Source of the DNA: Epiperipatus broadwayi
Lineage: Eukaryota > Animalia > Onychophora
Assembly: GCA_028023455.1 (NCBI GenBank)
Contig: JAQFVV010000005.1
Location: 15,376,001 to 15,440,000 of the forward strand
Length of the DNA stretch: 64,000 bases
Direction: 5' to 3'
Shown here piece by piece: positions 1 through 13,502 of the stretch. How positions within the stretch are numbered: the stretch's first letter is position 1; each line of letters starts with the position of its first letter. The notes under the pieces were generated by a model, which was given only the letters and a program-made list of their open reading frames with translations, searched no databases and was not told the origin of the DNA. The translations under genes were made by a program, and so were the position numbers.

Positions 1-192
1 ATAAATTAAAGACCAGACTATATCAGCATATGATTGATAAGAAATCTGCTATCTTTTGTCATAAATTGGAAACAGGACATAAAGACAATGAAATTCGACC
101 TTTGGAATGTATTGGTAATTACTTTGAAAGATTTAACAAAGAGAGTATTTATATAGAACATTTAAATCCTAGTTTAAATAAAATGTTAAAGT
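1..192 (+). mobile_element. Penelope-like element remnant: C-terminal half of a GIY-YIG endonuclease
   Basis: Manual translation KSAIFCHKLETGHKDNEIRPLECIGNYFERFNKESIYIEHLNPSLNKMLK* fits the PLE pattern SA..H....GH...R...ES..I....P.LN. It is followed by a PLE-type tail at 441-486. Confidence 0.75.
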
Positions 193-309
193 AGTTTATA
201 TATTTATACAAAAGAATTGACTGTTTTTATGTGAATATTTTTCCTTTTTGGTATAAAAAAAATTTTTTTCTCACTTTGTAAGGAGATGTTATGTTATACA
301 ATTTTTCCA

Positions 310-420
310 TTTTTTTGGTTTATAGGTATTTTATTTTATTATTTTTTATTTATTTTTTTTTATTTTCTTTTTATTATTTTTTTATTTTTTATTTTTTATT
401 TTTATTATTTTTAATGTTGT
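310..420. repeat. Low-complexity (TTTTA/TTA)n tract
   Basis: Run of almost pure T/A, e.g. ttattttattttattattttttatt. Confidence 0.8.
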
Positions 421-440
421 TTTTTCTCTGTTTTATAGAA

Positions 441-486
441 CCTTGATAAAGTCCATATTATTATTGAAAAATGGACGAAACGTTGG
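441..486 (+). ncRNA. Hammerhead-like motif (U3-A8 core variant) of a PLE pseudo-LTR
   Basis: cc-TTGATAA-a-GTCCAT-(14 nt)-ATGGAC-GAAACGTT-gg: perfect 6-bp stem II and a palindromic ACGT helix III. Stem I is only 2 bp. Confidence 0.55.
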
Positions 487-1004
487 ATATTTATATTTTA
501 TTTATGTAGTTTATATAATGTATATCAATAAATTTTTTGAAAAGAAAGTCTCTCCGATATATTTATGTGAAGTTTTTTTGACCCTTCATTGTCACAAATC
601 CAATTACTGCATTTTTTGACTACAACTAAATGATTTATGAATGAAGATTTGCTTCATTAAAGTCACATCAAGCATTAATTACATTAAAACTTTTATAACT
701 GTCTTTTCTCAATACTTTTTTAAATTTGATTATTTTAAGACAATATCACTCATATTTCAAACTAAAGTAAATTATGCCTTTGTTAACCCAACTGTCAATT
801 CTAAGAGAACTAAAACCTAAATTTTCAAATATTCATATATATATTTTTCCAAAGCAACCTATATATATTTATATACAAAATCCTAAATGTTTCTATATCA
901 AATTTCGGTAAAAACTAAACCATCAAGCATGCAGACATAGGAGAAGCAAGGAAAAAAACTTAAATGCACAAAAAATACTGACAATTCTAGGAGAAACTAT
1001 TTAC

Positions 1005-1086
1005 CTTGTTGGGAGAGTTGTGTTACAGCAGCAGGTAATGTTGTAGAAATTGCTACTGGAGTTCCACCTGATGCAGGCACTTTAAC
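1005..1086 (-). CDS. dom: domino/EP400/SRCAP-like coding exon (82 bp, phase 0 to 1)
   Basis: Acceptor ttctgtttttttag|, donor |gtaaat. Encodes VKVPASGGTPVAISTTLPAAVTQLSQQ(G), which continues the upstream exon ending ...RINDE in frame and resembles the arthropod Domino segment that follows the EP400 N-terminal motif. Confidence 0.9.
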
Positions 1087-2949
1087 CTAAAAAAACAGAA
1101 ACATTACAAATATATCTTAAAAAATAATAATAGTAAAGTAAACTAAAAACAAAAAAAATTCAATGTTTTAAAATATTGTTTTGAGATACTCCATGATCTA
1201 TGCATGTTCAAATGTGATTATTAAAACAGATCATACAGTAAGAAGAATTATAAAATGAAATAAATTAATAAAATAATGCTGATGAAGGAAAATAATTAGA
1301 ATGACTAACACTAATCAAAAACTAAAAGCAATAATTTTACTAAAATGGAAATAAAGTTCATACATATATATAAAGAATTATAACTTTTCCACTCAAAAAG
1401 TTATTATCAACTTTATTTTCAAACTTATCTTTTTGATATACCATTTAAGATTACTAATCCTGAATTTGTGTTATATTTATAAGACATTTAAATGAATGTC
1501 TGGCCTGCAAAATTTAAAAATGTCATTATCATAAATATCTTCTATGTAACTTCACACAATAATCACATAACATTAATTAACCATACCTATTATTAAATTC
1601 AGTTTGTCTTTTTAAACATTATTTTCACAATATTCTTCTAAGATAATAACTTTAATATCATTTCACTACAATTTCTATCTAAGTAAATAGTGAAAAACTT
1701 CCTTCATTATATTTTCTTCTTCTAATAACCTATCGCAAAATTTTTATAATTTACTTGAATTACAAACACATTTTTTAAAAATATGTACTTTATTCAATAC
1801 ACTTTTACTTTTTAGCAATACATATTTCAAAAACTTCCACCTTTTTTTTTTTCCTATTTTGAAAAGCCATATTTCTTATGTATACAGTGTGCATTTTTTT
1901 TAAAAAAAAATTATTTAACATTGTTTAGAAAAAATTTGCAATTTAATTTTCCCCTACATCCGCTGAACTGATTTTCTTTAAAGTTTGCCTATATATGTTC
2001 ACTATTGACGACGATACAATATTCCATTATAATTATTATTTGGTTAAAAATAAAAAATGTAATTTATGGAAATTAATTTAAGCAGTTATCTATCGCATAA
2101 TTATGAAGATAAATAATAAAACTATAAAAAATACTTTTTATTTTAAAAAAACCTATATATAAAAATATTTATTTCTATTATTAAAAATAAAAAACTGCGG
2201 GCATATTGTACAAATATTATTTGTTCAGGCGGATGCTGGATAGATTCTAAATAAAAGAATTGGACTGTTCGAAATTGACTGAGAACAAATCTTATAACAA
2301 ACAAGTCTTGACAGATCTAGATAAAATGCCAAACAAACTAGAAATTGAAACAGCATAATAAATTGCAAATCAATATATTTCAGGTGTGCAATCATCAATA
2401 TCTTACATGCATATGTGATATAAAGTTTACATCATGCTCTTGGATTGTAAATTAAAAGATAAAGCCCAAAAGATGTACATCAAGTCTATGACATAAATTA
2501 AGGTTTCATATATTTCTTTCACAGGTTTTCAAAAAGATATTTGAAAATCCTGAGGAAAAAATCAATTGTACAAGGCCCAATAACTAAAAAATAACCCACC
2601 CACCCCCCAGCTCTCTCTCTCTGTTTTTTTTTTTTTTAATTAAAAGATTTGTTTAATTTTATCAATATTTTTTTTTGGGGGGCCACAATTTCAATGAATA
2701 TCATGAACTATCCATGAAACACTAACTGAATGCTTATGATTTTATTTAAAGTCACATATAACCATTGAAATTATAGTATAAGAAAAAATTACTTTTTACC
2801 TGTTGGCACATTATTGGACAAGTTTTAAAATAGATTAAATTAAATTTTAAAAAAAATATTGTATTCTATTTTTTAATTCTTATTCTGCAATATGAAAGAA
2901 AGTCTCAGTTATCAGATAACAACAAAAAATAACAATTGAATTCAGATTT

Positions 2950-4460
2950 TTAAATAAAATTCTTATATATTATCAATTTTAACCACTATCAATCTACTGA
3001 AAAATGAAGGACATTCGATGTTTAATCCTGATATTCCAATTCTAGCATCCATATTATTCCAGGAAATTTCCTTATTTCATCTACCTATTTCACATAATCA
3101 TCTTCTAGATTTTTTTTATATGACTTTAGCCTTTTTAGCATTTAACTTTAGTTCCGCTTTTTTACTTTCACATGAACTAAATAAGATTGAAATAAACTAT
3201 TGGTAATTGTATTTTAATATATATCGAAACAGCTTTAATCTCCATCGAAACCTTCTCAAGAAATTTAATTAAAATATAATTAGCAATAGTTGTTTATTTC
3301 AATTTCATTTAGATTGATTATTTAGTTTATATATTTGTTACAACATTGTGGACAAATTCTTTATTTCAGTTATTCAAATTCTTTTCTATTAAAGATGTTT
3401 CAAAATACATTCAAAAGACGGGACACATCATCTGTTTTATAATGAATCCAACAATATGTTGAATTACTGAAAATTAATATAATTCCCTATTTTCTCATCA
3501 TGAGTTCATTTTAACAATTGCCAACAAAGCATCAATAAATTTATTTCATGAAAATCTCTTAACATACACAGAAATCATTTGTGTTTCATAATTTTTTTAT
3601 GCAATTAAACTCATTCACATATACACTTTTTCCATTTTAAATCTCTGTCAAATCCCAACTTATGGAAATAATTGTTAATACTTTTCAATCTCTTATCTAA
3701 AATGTCTATATCATATATGTGCACTTTTATTCACAAATACCAACTTCTTACTTTTAAATATAATTTTATAGCATTCATTTCTTTTTCTATTAAAACATTA
3801 CTTTTTATATTTAATAATTCACCATCACTTTCACCCATTACTGATCTACTGCAGGATAAAGGTCTTTCCAAGTTCAATCCATCTCTGATTTCTAACATCA
3901 CATCACTCAGCACATTTCTTTATTTCATCCATCTCACATGTGGTCTCTTTCTAGGACGTTTACAATCTCTTGATATCTAGGTTAAGATTTCAACTGTTCG
4001 TCTATTATCTTAGCTTCTAACAATATGTCCAGCCCAACTCCATTTCAGTTTCTTAATTCTTTCAATGATGACCTACCATTATAATGTATAACTATATATT
4101 CACATCTATTCTTAATCATAATTTATATATATAGACTATACAATTATCATTCAATAATATTTTAAATCATATTTTGTTGTAACATTTTAAAATTTCTTAC
4201 ATTATTTTTTTCGAAATTTTTATTTCTCTCAGATTTTAAATTTTTGCATTTATTCAACCACATGCATATTCAGTTTCAGCATCATTTCACAATTTCTGAA
4301 CAATTTGCAAACAATTACCAATACCTGTAATATTTTCACTACAAGTTTCTCATTATTATCAACAGATTTCTTATTAACAAATACAGTAGTTAATCTAAAT
4401 CCAATTTCTTTTATACTCAGCCCATTATACATTAGATATAATGATGATATATGCATGTTA
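2950..4460 (-). mobile_element. Decayed RTE-clade LINE fragments (RT core and C-terminus)
   Basis: Minus-strand translation near 3830-4080 gives IIERIKKLKWSWAGHIV...RPRKRPHVRW, the RTE C-terminal motif. Decayed G..Q.D..S..L and YADD-like segments lie at about 3270-3460. Many stops. Confidence 0.65.
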
Positions 4461-5230
4461 TAATCTATTATATCTCTAGGTTTCTGCTTTTGTTAATAAA
4501 ATATGGACTAAAATTAAATCTATAACACATTGTGGACTAAATTTAGTGTATTGCATATTTGGTAATAAAGTCCAATTCTTATAAAGTAATACTATACACA
4601 AAGATCAATTTTTATTATTACTAAGAAAAAATTTTATAACAAAAATTTAAATTCAATGATGAAATTATAAAAAAAAAAAAACAAATAGCATTTTTGTTCT
4701 GGTATTAATTCTATAAAAACACAATCAACCCTTTTCAAAGATTCTAATATTTTAATTTTTTTGTTTTTGTAATTGCTCAAATCCTTGCAGTTTTGTTCTT
4801 TATGAAAATTATTTACAACATGAAATTAATAAAAAACAAAATCACGACTGATTGCTTCAAATTTGAAAATTGTTTTGCAGCCTTTCATTTACAAACAGAC
4901 TCAGAAGTCTCATTAAAGTAATGTCAAAAGTTTAAATTTTTTTAATAATATATTATTATATTATGAAAAAAAAACAACTAAATATTATTTCCTATAATAT
5001 ATTTCATACAAAAAAGGGCATGGTAGCACATGAAAAAATTAGAGCTAATCTATAAAATGTTGCCCAGCTCCTGTTCTTATATATATTTTTTGACCTCTTT
5101 ATACATAATTATCTCCAGGATTTTTACATAAATATATAAAATTAAAAAATTATTTGTTAAAACAAAGATAATATAAGAGTAGTTAACATTAAACTCATAA
5201 ATGTTATAAATATATATATCCATGCCCTAA

Positions 5231-7583
5231 TGTAACGGAACCTGGTATCAACTACTTTGTGACTCGTTGCATCAGAATATGTGACAATACGATTTATTCC
5301 ACTAAAAGAGGGGAATGAATCCAATGATTATCAGACTTAAGTCTTCAGGTAGGATGAAAATAATGATGCGATAAAGTAACTAAACAATGATAATTTCTAC
5401 TTCTAGTAGGCTAGCTCTTATTACACACATTAAATTTAGACATAATTTAGATTATTTCATTTATATCTCACCCACTTTCAGATTCCACATATGTCTTAGA
5501 ATTCGAATCCAGGGAGAATATTGCAATTAACTCTCTTCAGCGTATGAATTTAACTTAAGTATGAATTACAGTATGCTTATATATATATATATCATAAATC
5601 AACTATAAGTATTTAATCCTATAACAATGCTATACTGTACAACAAAAAAAAATCTCTCTCTGTGCATGTATATGTGATGATTGATTGATGAATGGGAAAA
5701 AAAATGATTTGAATAAACTAGAGACCATTTAATGATGAGTAAACTAATAATGTTTATTTACAAACATGATATAAAATTAACAAATTCCTTAACAGAATAA
5801 AAAAAAAGATTATATATATAAGTGTTAAGTATGTATGCTTATCATATTAATAATTAAAGATATTCATTACACCAACCCTTTCCCTAATAAGCATACATGA
5901 ATAAACACTATATATAAAGTAAAAAATAATAATAATAAAATCATTAGTTCAACATTACATTAAGGGTGAAACTAACTAACTAATTAATCAAATAATTTCT
6001 CTGGAAGAAACCTTTTTTAACATGTAGAAGTTAAATAAAAAAGACAATTCATGCAGAAATGTTAATCATTTATACTGAATAAACATGCATGAACAACTGT
6101 TAATTAACAAAAGAAAAATAAACAACATAAATTCAGTACTGTCAAAACTTAATATTTAATAGTAATAAATAAAAATCTTACCTCTATCCCATATTTTGAT
6201 AAGAATTCTAATAGTAATAAAAACCAATGTTATGTCATTGTGGAGGATTACCTAAATTTTATTAAATAAGAAAAAATATTTAAACTAATCACTTTCTTCC
6301 CCATGTTTTCCCAAATTTAGTTACAAAGAAATCTTCCAAGTTAAACAGACCTGTTTCCAAATACGGGAAATATATATATACAATAATATATAATTCTACC
6401 ATCATAAAAAAAAAAAATCACGTAACAAATTAATATCTCTTTACGATGACTGGCGAAAGATTTAAGAATTAGGCAATTAATGTCTCTAATAGGTAGCCTA
6501 TGAAACTTTCCGTCGGGTTGCTATGATAGGTCACGCATTTCTTGCGAAGATTCCTCTCATATCCATCTGAAAGTTTTAGACGTGGTACTTGAGATTTTTG
6601 ATAGGCATTACACACTCAACATTAATCCTTTGCACTTATTTTAGTATGGGCTGATGAACACTTAAGCCCTATAACACTATTGAGTTAGCTGGCAAACATG
6701 GTTTTTCAACAAATTAATAATTTAAAGTTTCTTAATTTGAAGTTTGTTAGTAAATGATTTTATGTGAATGGAATTATTCCATCGGTGATATATACATAAA
6801 TACTATATTAATATAGTAATCCGTGCCTTTATTTGAATTTGAATAGCATGGTATATTTTTTATATCAAACGTTTATCTAAATCCATTCTTTTGATTTACA
6901 CAATTGCTTAAACTTGTTAATTAATAATTAAGGTTTCTTGTAATTGAGTAAATCACAATTCAGCAAATAGTTTGAAGTGTTCGAATAAACTATCCATTTT
7001 CTTAATATTGAAGCATTTGATTCTTCTGATATTATATTATATGGATTATGTCTTATTTGGAAAAAAACAAAAAGACAACTGAAAAGAATTACGGTCGTTT
7101 TTATTATTGTCCTCGCTTTCATTGTTTAATGTGCTTGCATAAGCGCATTATCTTGTTTATAAGCAAATAAAAATTACGTAATACAATTATGTTCTTTTTT
7201 TATCTTCGTATTTGGAAAAATTAGTTAATGGTTTGACATTGGGTTGTTACATATTTTTATTTAGTCAGTCTTTTAAAATGAAATCAAATATAAAGATATT
7301 ACATTTTTATTGTAATACATATGTATACATATTAGTACAATGGTTAATTAATATTTTATTTTGATTGTGATTTTCATCTTTCTAAAGATAAGCAAAATCG
7401 GTTTGTTTGATCCTTTCTTAATAAAAATAAAAAAAATACATACCTTTATTGTGTTTAAGTATATATATGTGTGTGTGAGGTCATTCATTTTATAATTGAA
7501 ATGTTTAGTTGGTTATTAACTTTAAAAAAATGAGCTGGATTTGGTAATGAATGATAAGGTTAAATTGTAAAGATATCCTTACA
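5231..7583 (-). repeat. 3' LTR (2,353 bp)
   Basis: Begins TGTAACGGAACC and ends ATCCTTACA. Colinear with 11158-16687 once the two insertions in that copy are removed. Confidence 0.88.
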
Positions 7584-8145
7584 ATTCTCCCAGACTTACA
7601 GAGTTAAAATTTAAAATTATTAAAATGTTAACACTCATTTAGAGTTCATGATTTAAGTTTAACAATGAAATGTCGGTGCAAGGGTTATAAAACCTATTTA
7701 CTCTAATCTATATTTTTTTTATTGACTATACTACTAATTGCTTTCTAATTATCTTTCTTTGTATCTTGTCTTAATGAAATGAGATTTATATAGTCTTTTT
7801 TTTATTATTATGATGGTTGTGTATTATGAGATCAACCACTAATGTATCTCTATAGTAGAAGGCACATAGTCAACTAGTTAGGCTTTTACTCTGCTCCTTT
7901 GAGGCTTATTGAGTTTCCTAAAAGGACTAAATAAACATAGGAGTGTTCACCATTCTATATGAATCAGCTCCTAAATCTCGGTTAACTCTAAAGCATCTCA
8001 ATAACTGTTTTTATAATTATCGGGGTCTACTCTCGACATATGCTAAGTAATCCTTTTTTTTTTTTTGATCTTGTCTCATTTTCTTTTCTAATTCTGATTG
8101 AGACTCTGCCTATTTTTTTGTTAATCAAGCATATCTATTTAATGG

Positions 8146-8424
8146 TCATTTTGTTCGGCCAAAATAAGGCTTCAAACTATGTGCATTATAGGTTCCCTTC
8201 ACTTCATTTATTTCTATCCAGAATGCATTTGGAGCGGACTGTTTCACAATATTGATTATAAAATTTTTGACTGAATGGCGCATTTTGATAAACACTCTGT
8301 CTCCTACCATGAAATTATGGGTATTTCCTTTTTTATATTTGCTCCTTCTATCAGCTTTGGCTGTTAGTTGAACATATGCTTTCAATATTTTTTTCCGGAT
8401 CTTATCAAATAACATGGGTTTCAT
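8146..8424 (-). pseudogene. Integrase C-terminal remnant of the LTR element
   Basis: ORF ...FMVGDRVFIK...PNAFWI...GTYNAHSLKPYF matches the F..GD.V...N...LKPY integrase tail. Confidence 0.7.
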
Positions 8425-10151
8425 CTTGTTTAGCTAGTCTACATTATATGCTCAGTTAAATAGTTCTAAATTATAGTTTATGTAATATATAGATTAATAA
8501 ACAAATATCCTTACCATGCTTGCTTTGAAGATTTCTTATTTGTATTGTAATGTCAGCAGTTATGTATATCTTATCACTTTTTTTTTAATATTACCATTTA
8601 GAATTGTTCTTTTGGGTTTAGTCCGGTATGCATGTCCTAATCACAATCCATGAGGTCCATCCCTATGTAAGTGCTTTTCAAGCCCTCGCATTTATATGCT
8701 TAATGAATGTGGAAGGTCCTTCATAGGTGTTAAATAATCTGTGGAAATGTGGACCTTTTTGTTTGGTGGTTTAGTATGGTGAATCCCTTATTTTCCAATA
8801 ACTCTTATTTTTTTGTCATCCAATTGGTTATGGAAATATTTCAAAAGCCATAACATACACTTAAGCTGATCAAATATTGTGATGTCATTAGTTCCTATTG
8901 AACTGGCCTTTCTATTATGACAATCCTTTCTGTGGCGTACACATGAGTGAATATTGCTCCAACCTGAAGGTTGTCACTCAGTTCACCAATGTCGTGTTTT
9001 AACTTTGCTTCGATGGTAAACTATGTGTACCATGACGATTTTAAATAATCATCCAATCGATTTACTATTGCATCTTCATTCACATATTCGACCATAATGT
9101 CCCAAGGACATGGAGTTGTCTCAATTATCATAGACTAATCATTAATCTTTGGTCAGCCTTGGGGTTTTGAGAGTTTAGTTTCACTTGAAACATGGAAGTA
9201 TTATCTAACTGTCCTTGTCTCAACCTCTGATATTCATGATCAATTTATGGGTAGGTTTGTTGAGTAGTCTGATTTCTCTATCTGACTTTGTGGATTGAGT
9301 TGATCTTTTGTTAATGTCGCTAATGTTTTCATGGGGATTATTAGCTGGGTAGGCCTTTGCGTAGTTGATGCCGGATGCCGGAATATCTGTTGGTTTTGAG
9401 AGGATCATCCTCTCTCTGAGGCATTACTTGGTATGCTGGGCAGGGGTCATTTATTCGGCAAAGATCTTTACCAACAATCTCCAAATCATTCCCTACTTCT
9501 TGATTATCCAGGGTCTTTATGGCACACACCTGTTTGTTTCATCCCCATGGTTTGTGTAGTTAACGTCTGATTTTCTGGATTAGACTGATAAACATCTGGT
9601 ATTAAACCTTCTAAATTAAAATTAAGAAGATAAATTTTCCTCTGATTTATTTGAGTTGGTTCTTGACAAGTCTCATTTAATCTCTGTGGATCCTTACAGC
9701 AACTTACAAGTGATTTTCTCCATCACTCCATTCTCTGTTATCTTTCTGTGCTATTGTTTCAATTTCTGTTTGTTGAACTTCTTTGGTTAATAGTTCTTTG
9801 GCACATTTTTAACTTGACTGCCATTATTCTTTGATGAAGACGAGAATGGTCTTGTTTAGAATGGTATCATTCACTGCTGTATCTTATCTTCTAGTTATTT
9901 AAGTTGATTATTAAAGACTTCTAATGTCTTATCCTGTGACTCCATTTTATGATTTTATACGATTGAGAGTTGGTCTATCTTTACATGGTTGTCTTGTAAA
10001 TCCTTTTGGATCTGGTTTTATTTCTCTTGGTTCACACGTATCTAATTTTTGAAGTCCTCTTAATTTTTGTGCATTTCATTACACCTATCAATTAATTGTT
10101 CAATGAGACTATCCTTGAGTTTATCAACATTCCTGACATTTTAGATCCTTT

Positions 10152-10775
10152 TCAACAATTTCCTTCTTCATTTCTTATCATTTTTAGCTTTAATTCATCA
10201 TTGACATTCTGAACATATCTTAAGTCTAGAGACAGTTGTCCCATCTCTAGTTTAGTTTCTTTCTCTAGCTTTATCTGCATATTACTCATATCAGCCTTGA
10301 TTACAATTTTTGCTTCCAAACTGTTCATATTTGTGTCCATTCTATCCATTTTACTATTCATTTCATTCATATTTTCTTTCATTTCTCCCCTCATTTTATT
10401 CATATCTTCTTTCATATCTCCCCTAATTTTATTCATATCATCTTTGATACCTTCCCTCAATTCCATCATCATTTGGAACATCTGTATCATAGTTGTCTCA
10501 TTTCCTGTAGCCTGTGCTACATCAGTTCTAGTTGCCTGAGTCAATGCCTTGTTGAGTGTTTCTCATACTTGAGGTAGCATCTAACTGACAGCATCTGCTT
10601 GTGGAGGATACTCAACTTCAGTCATAGATCCCCTAGGTATTTGGACCTGTAAAGACCCTTCAACAGTATTACAATCATCTTCCATCTTATCATCACTACT
10701 GTCTAGTGGTTTCTCAATAGGTCCAAATCTCTTTTTTAATATTTTACCACTTCTTAATATCATCAAAAATTTCAA
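10152..10775 (-). pseudogene. Gag N-terminal remnant (LRSGK motif plus coiled-coil)
   Basis: ORFs MKFLMILRSGK... and MTQATRTD...MNKIRGDMKEDMNKMRGEMKENMNEMNSKMD (heptad-like repeats), just downstream of the PBS and interrupted by stops. Confidence 0.7.
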
Positions 10776-11124
10776 TTAAGAATTAAATAAATTATTATTT
10801 ACCCTTTTTTTAATACATATTAACACAAATATGTCATAAGGCTTCATGTTATCTCTTTACCATTTAGCGCATATGATTATTTCTCACTAATTTATATGCT
10901 GGTGTGTATGTTGTTATTAAGAACCTAATCTTTAGCCTATCTATTTACATGCCTGTCTCAATTTTAAATTCATTTTTATTAATTAATTATTTAAGGTCTC
11001 AGTTTATAATCCCATTCTCATTCATCAATCGATATTTTTTAGTGAATTAATAAAGGTTAATAAGTTTCAAAAAAAAAATTTTTTTTTATTTACATTAGTC
11101 CAATGGCTTGGATGTCCTTAGAAA

Positions 11125-11152
11125 CTGGTTTCGAGCCCTATGTTTGGCACCA
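11125..11152 (-). promoter_or_regulatory. Primer-binding site, tRNA-Phe-like
   Basis: Minus strand TGGTGCCAAACATAGGGCTCGAAACCAG lies 5 nt from the LTR end. It resembles the complement of the metazoan tRNA-Phe 3' end (TGGTGCCGAAACCCGGGATCGAACCAG, recalled from memory). Confidence 0.65.
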
Positions 11153-11722
11153 AGAAACATAATAGAACCTGATGTCAAATCGTTGCATCAGAATATGTGA
11201 CAATAAGATTTATTCCATGAAGAGAGGAATGGATCTAATGATTATCAGACTTAGGGTCTTCACGAAGGATGATAATAATGATGCGATGAAGTAACTAACC
11301 AATGATCATGTCTACTTCTAGTGGGTTAGCTCTTATTACAAATTAAATTTAGACATAGTTTAGATTAGTTCATCTATATCTCATCCTCTTTCAGATTCCA
11401 CATGTCTCAAAATTCAAACCCAGGGAGAATATTGCAATTAACTCTCTTCAGCACATGAATTTAACTTAAGTATGAATTATAGTATACTATATATATCATA
11501 AATTAACTATAATATTCATTTAATCCTATTACAATGTACAACAACAAAAAAAAATCTCTATGTACGTATATGTGATGATTGATTGATGAATGGAAAGAAA
11601 TGATTTGGATAAACTAGAGACCATAAAATGGTGAGCAAACTAATCATGTTAATTTACAAATATGATATAAAATTCAAACCCCTTTACCAGAAAAAAAAGA
11701 AAGATATATATATAAGTGTTAA

Positions 11723-11991
11723 TGTTTTTCTGAAGGTTTGTGATGATGGTGTTCTAGCTGTATACTAACCTGTTTGCTGTGATATTAAGTTAGTGCATAT
11801 ACTAACCTGCTTGCTGTGATATTACTAACAGTTGTTTGCTGTAATATTACTAACAGTTGGTGCACATACTAACCTGTTAGCTGTGATATTACTAACAGTT
11901 GAATGCATTTGGAATATTTAAATGAAATTAAACTTTTCTAAAGACATTCAACACACATATTAGATGGAAATAGTCCAATATAAAAATACAG
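11723..11991. mobile_element. Short twin-primed retro-insertion related to the element at 47895-48198
   Basis: 13-bp TSD ATATAAGTGTTAA (11710-11722 and 11992-12004). 11723-11759 is the reverse complement of the 48162-48198 tail. The body matches 48031-48160 and has internal tandem copies of gtgcatatactaacctg. Confidence 0.8.
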
Positions 11992-13502
11992 ATATAAGTG
12001 TTAAGTATGTATGCTTATCATATTAATAATTAAAGATGTTCCTTAAACCAACCCTTTCCCCAATAAATATATATGAATATAATAAGTATACATGAATAAA
12101 CACTCGTATATAAAGTAAATAAATGTAATAAAAAAAATAATAAAATCATTAATTCAATAATACATTAATGATGAAACTAACTAATTAATCAAATAAACTA
12201 AAATATTTTAAATAGCTACTGAGTTTAATTCCCATAATAAAGTTTTACTTCTCTGAAAGAAACCTTTTTAACACGTAGAAGTTAAATAGAAAAGACAATT
12301 CATGCAGAAATGTTAATCATTTATACTGAATAAACATGCATGAACAAACAAATTCGATACGGTCAAAACTTAATATTTCCTTTTATATAGAATAGTAATA
12401 AATAAAGATCTTACCTCTATCCCATATTTTGATAAGGATTCTAATAGTAATCAAAACCAATATCATGTCAATAAGAAGGATTACTAAAGTTTTATTAAAT
12501 AAAAAAAGTATTTAAACTAACCACTTTCTTTCCAATGTTTTCTCAAATTTAGTTACAAAGAAATCTTCCAGGTTAAACAAACCTCAGTCCAAATACGGAG
12601 GTAAAAAAAAACATATATATACAAAAATACATAATTCTACCAACATAAAATATCAATTAACAAATTAATATTTCATTATGACGACTGGCATGAGATTTAC
12701 GAGTTAGGCAATTAATGTCTCTGATGGGTAGTCCATGATCCTTTCAGTTGGTCACGCATTCCTTGCAGACTCCTCAGTGACATATATACTATTGTTATTT
12801 TACATCCATCTGTAAGTTTTAGATGTGGCACTTGAGATTTTTGAGACATTACACTCTTAAACATTAATTCTTTGTGCTTATTTTGGTAAGGGCTGATGAA
12901 CACTTAAGTCCTACAAGACTATTGAGTTAGCCGACAATATGATTTTTCAACAAATTAATAATTTAAAGTTTCTTAATTCGAAGTTTATTAAATGATTTTA
13001 TGTGAGTGAAAAAAAAATTCCATCAGTGATATATACATAATTACTATCTTAAAGTTGTAATCCGTTCTTTTATTTGAATTTGAAGAATAGTGTTGTATTT
13101 TCTTTATATCAAACATTTATCTAAATCAACTCTTTTGATGCACTTAATTGCTTAAACTTGTTAAGAATGTTTTTACTTAATTAATAATTAAGGTTTCTTG
13201 TAATCGACTATATCACAATTCAGCAAATAGTTTAAAGTGCTCGAATAAACTATCCATTTTCTTAATATTGAAGCATTTAATTCTTCTGATATTATATGGA
13301 TTATGTCTTTGGAAAAAAACAAAAAGAATGAAAAAAATTAAGTTCACTTTTATTATTGTCCTCGGCTTTCATTATTTAATGTGCCTGCATTTTATTTCTT
13401 TTTTGATCTTTATATATATGCTTACTGTTACGCACATTATCTTGTTTATAAACAAATAAAAACTACGTAATTCGGATTTGGAAACCTAGTGAATGTTTTG
13501 AC

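Noticed and set aside
10297-10539. Plus-strand ORF suggesting a membrane protein (likewise 14016-14345, 15418-15732, 53865-54050, 30542-30730, 31226-31414)
   Set aside because: Antisense or alternate-frame shadows of gag, transposase or dom coding sequence.
11090-11152. tRNA gene
   Set aside because: Includes the CCA, sits at an LTR boundary, and no full cloverleaf can be formed; it is a PBS.
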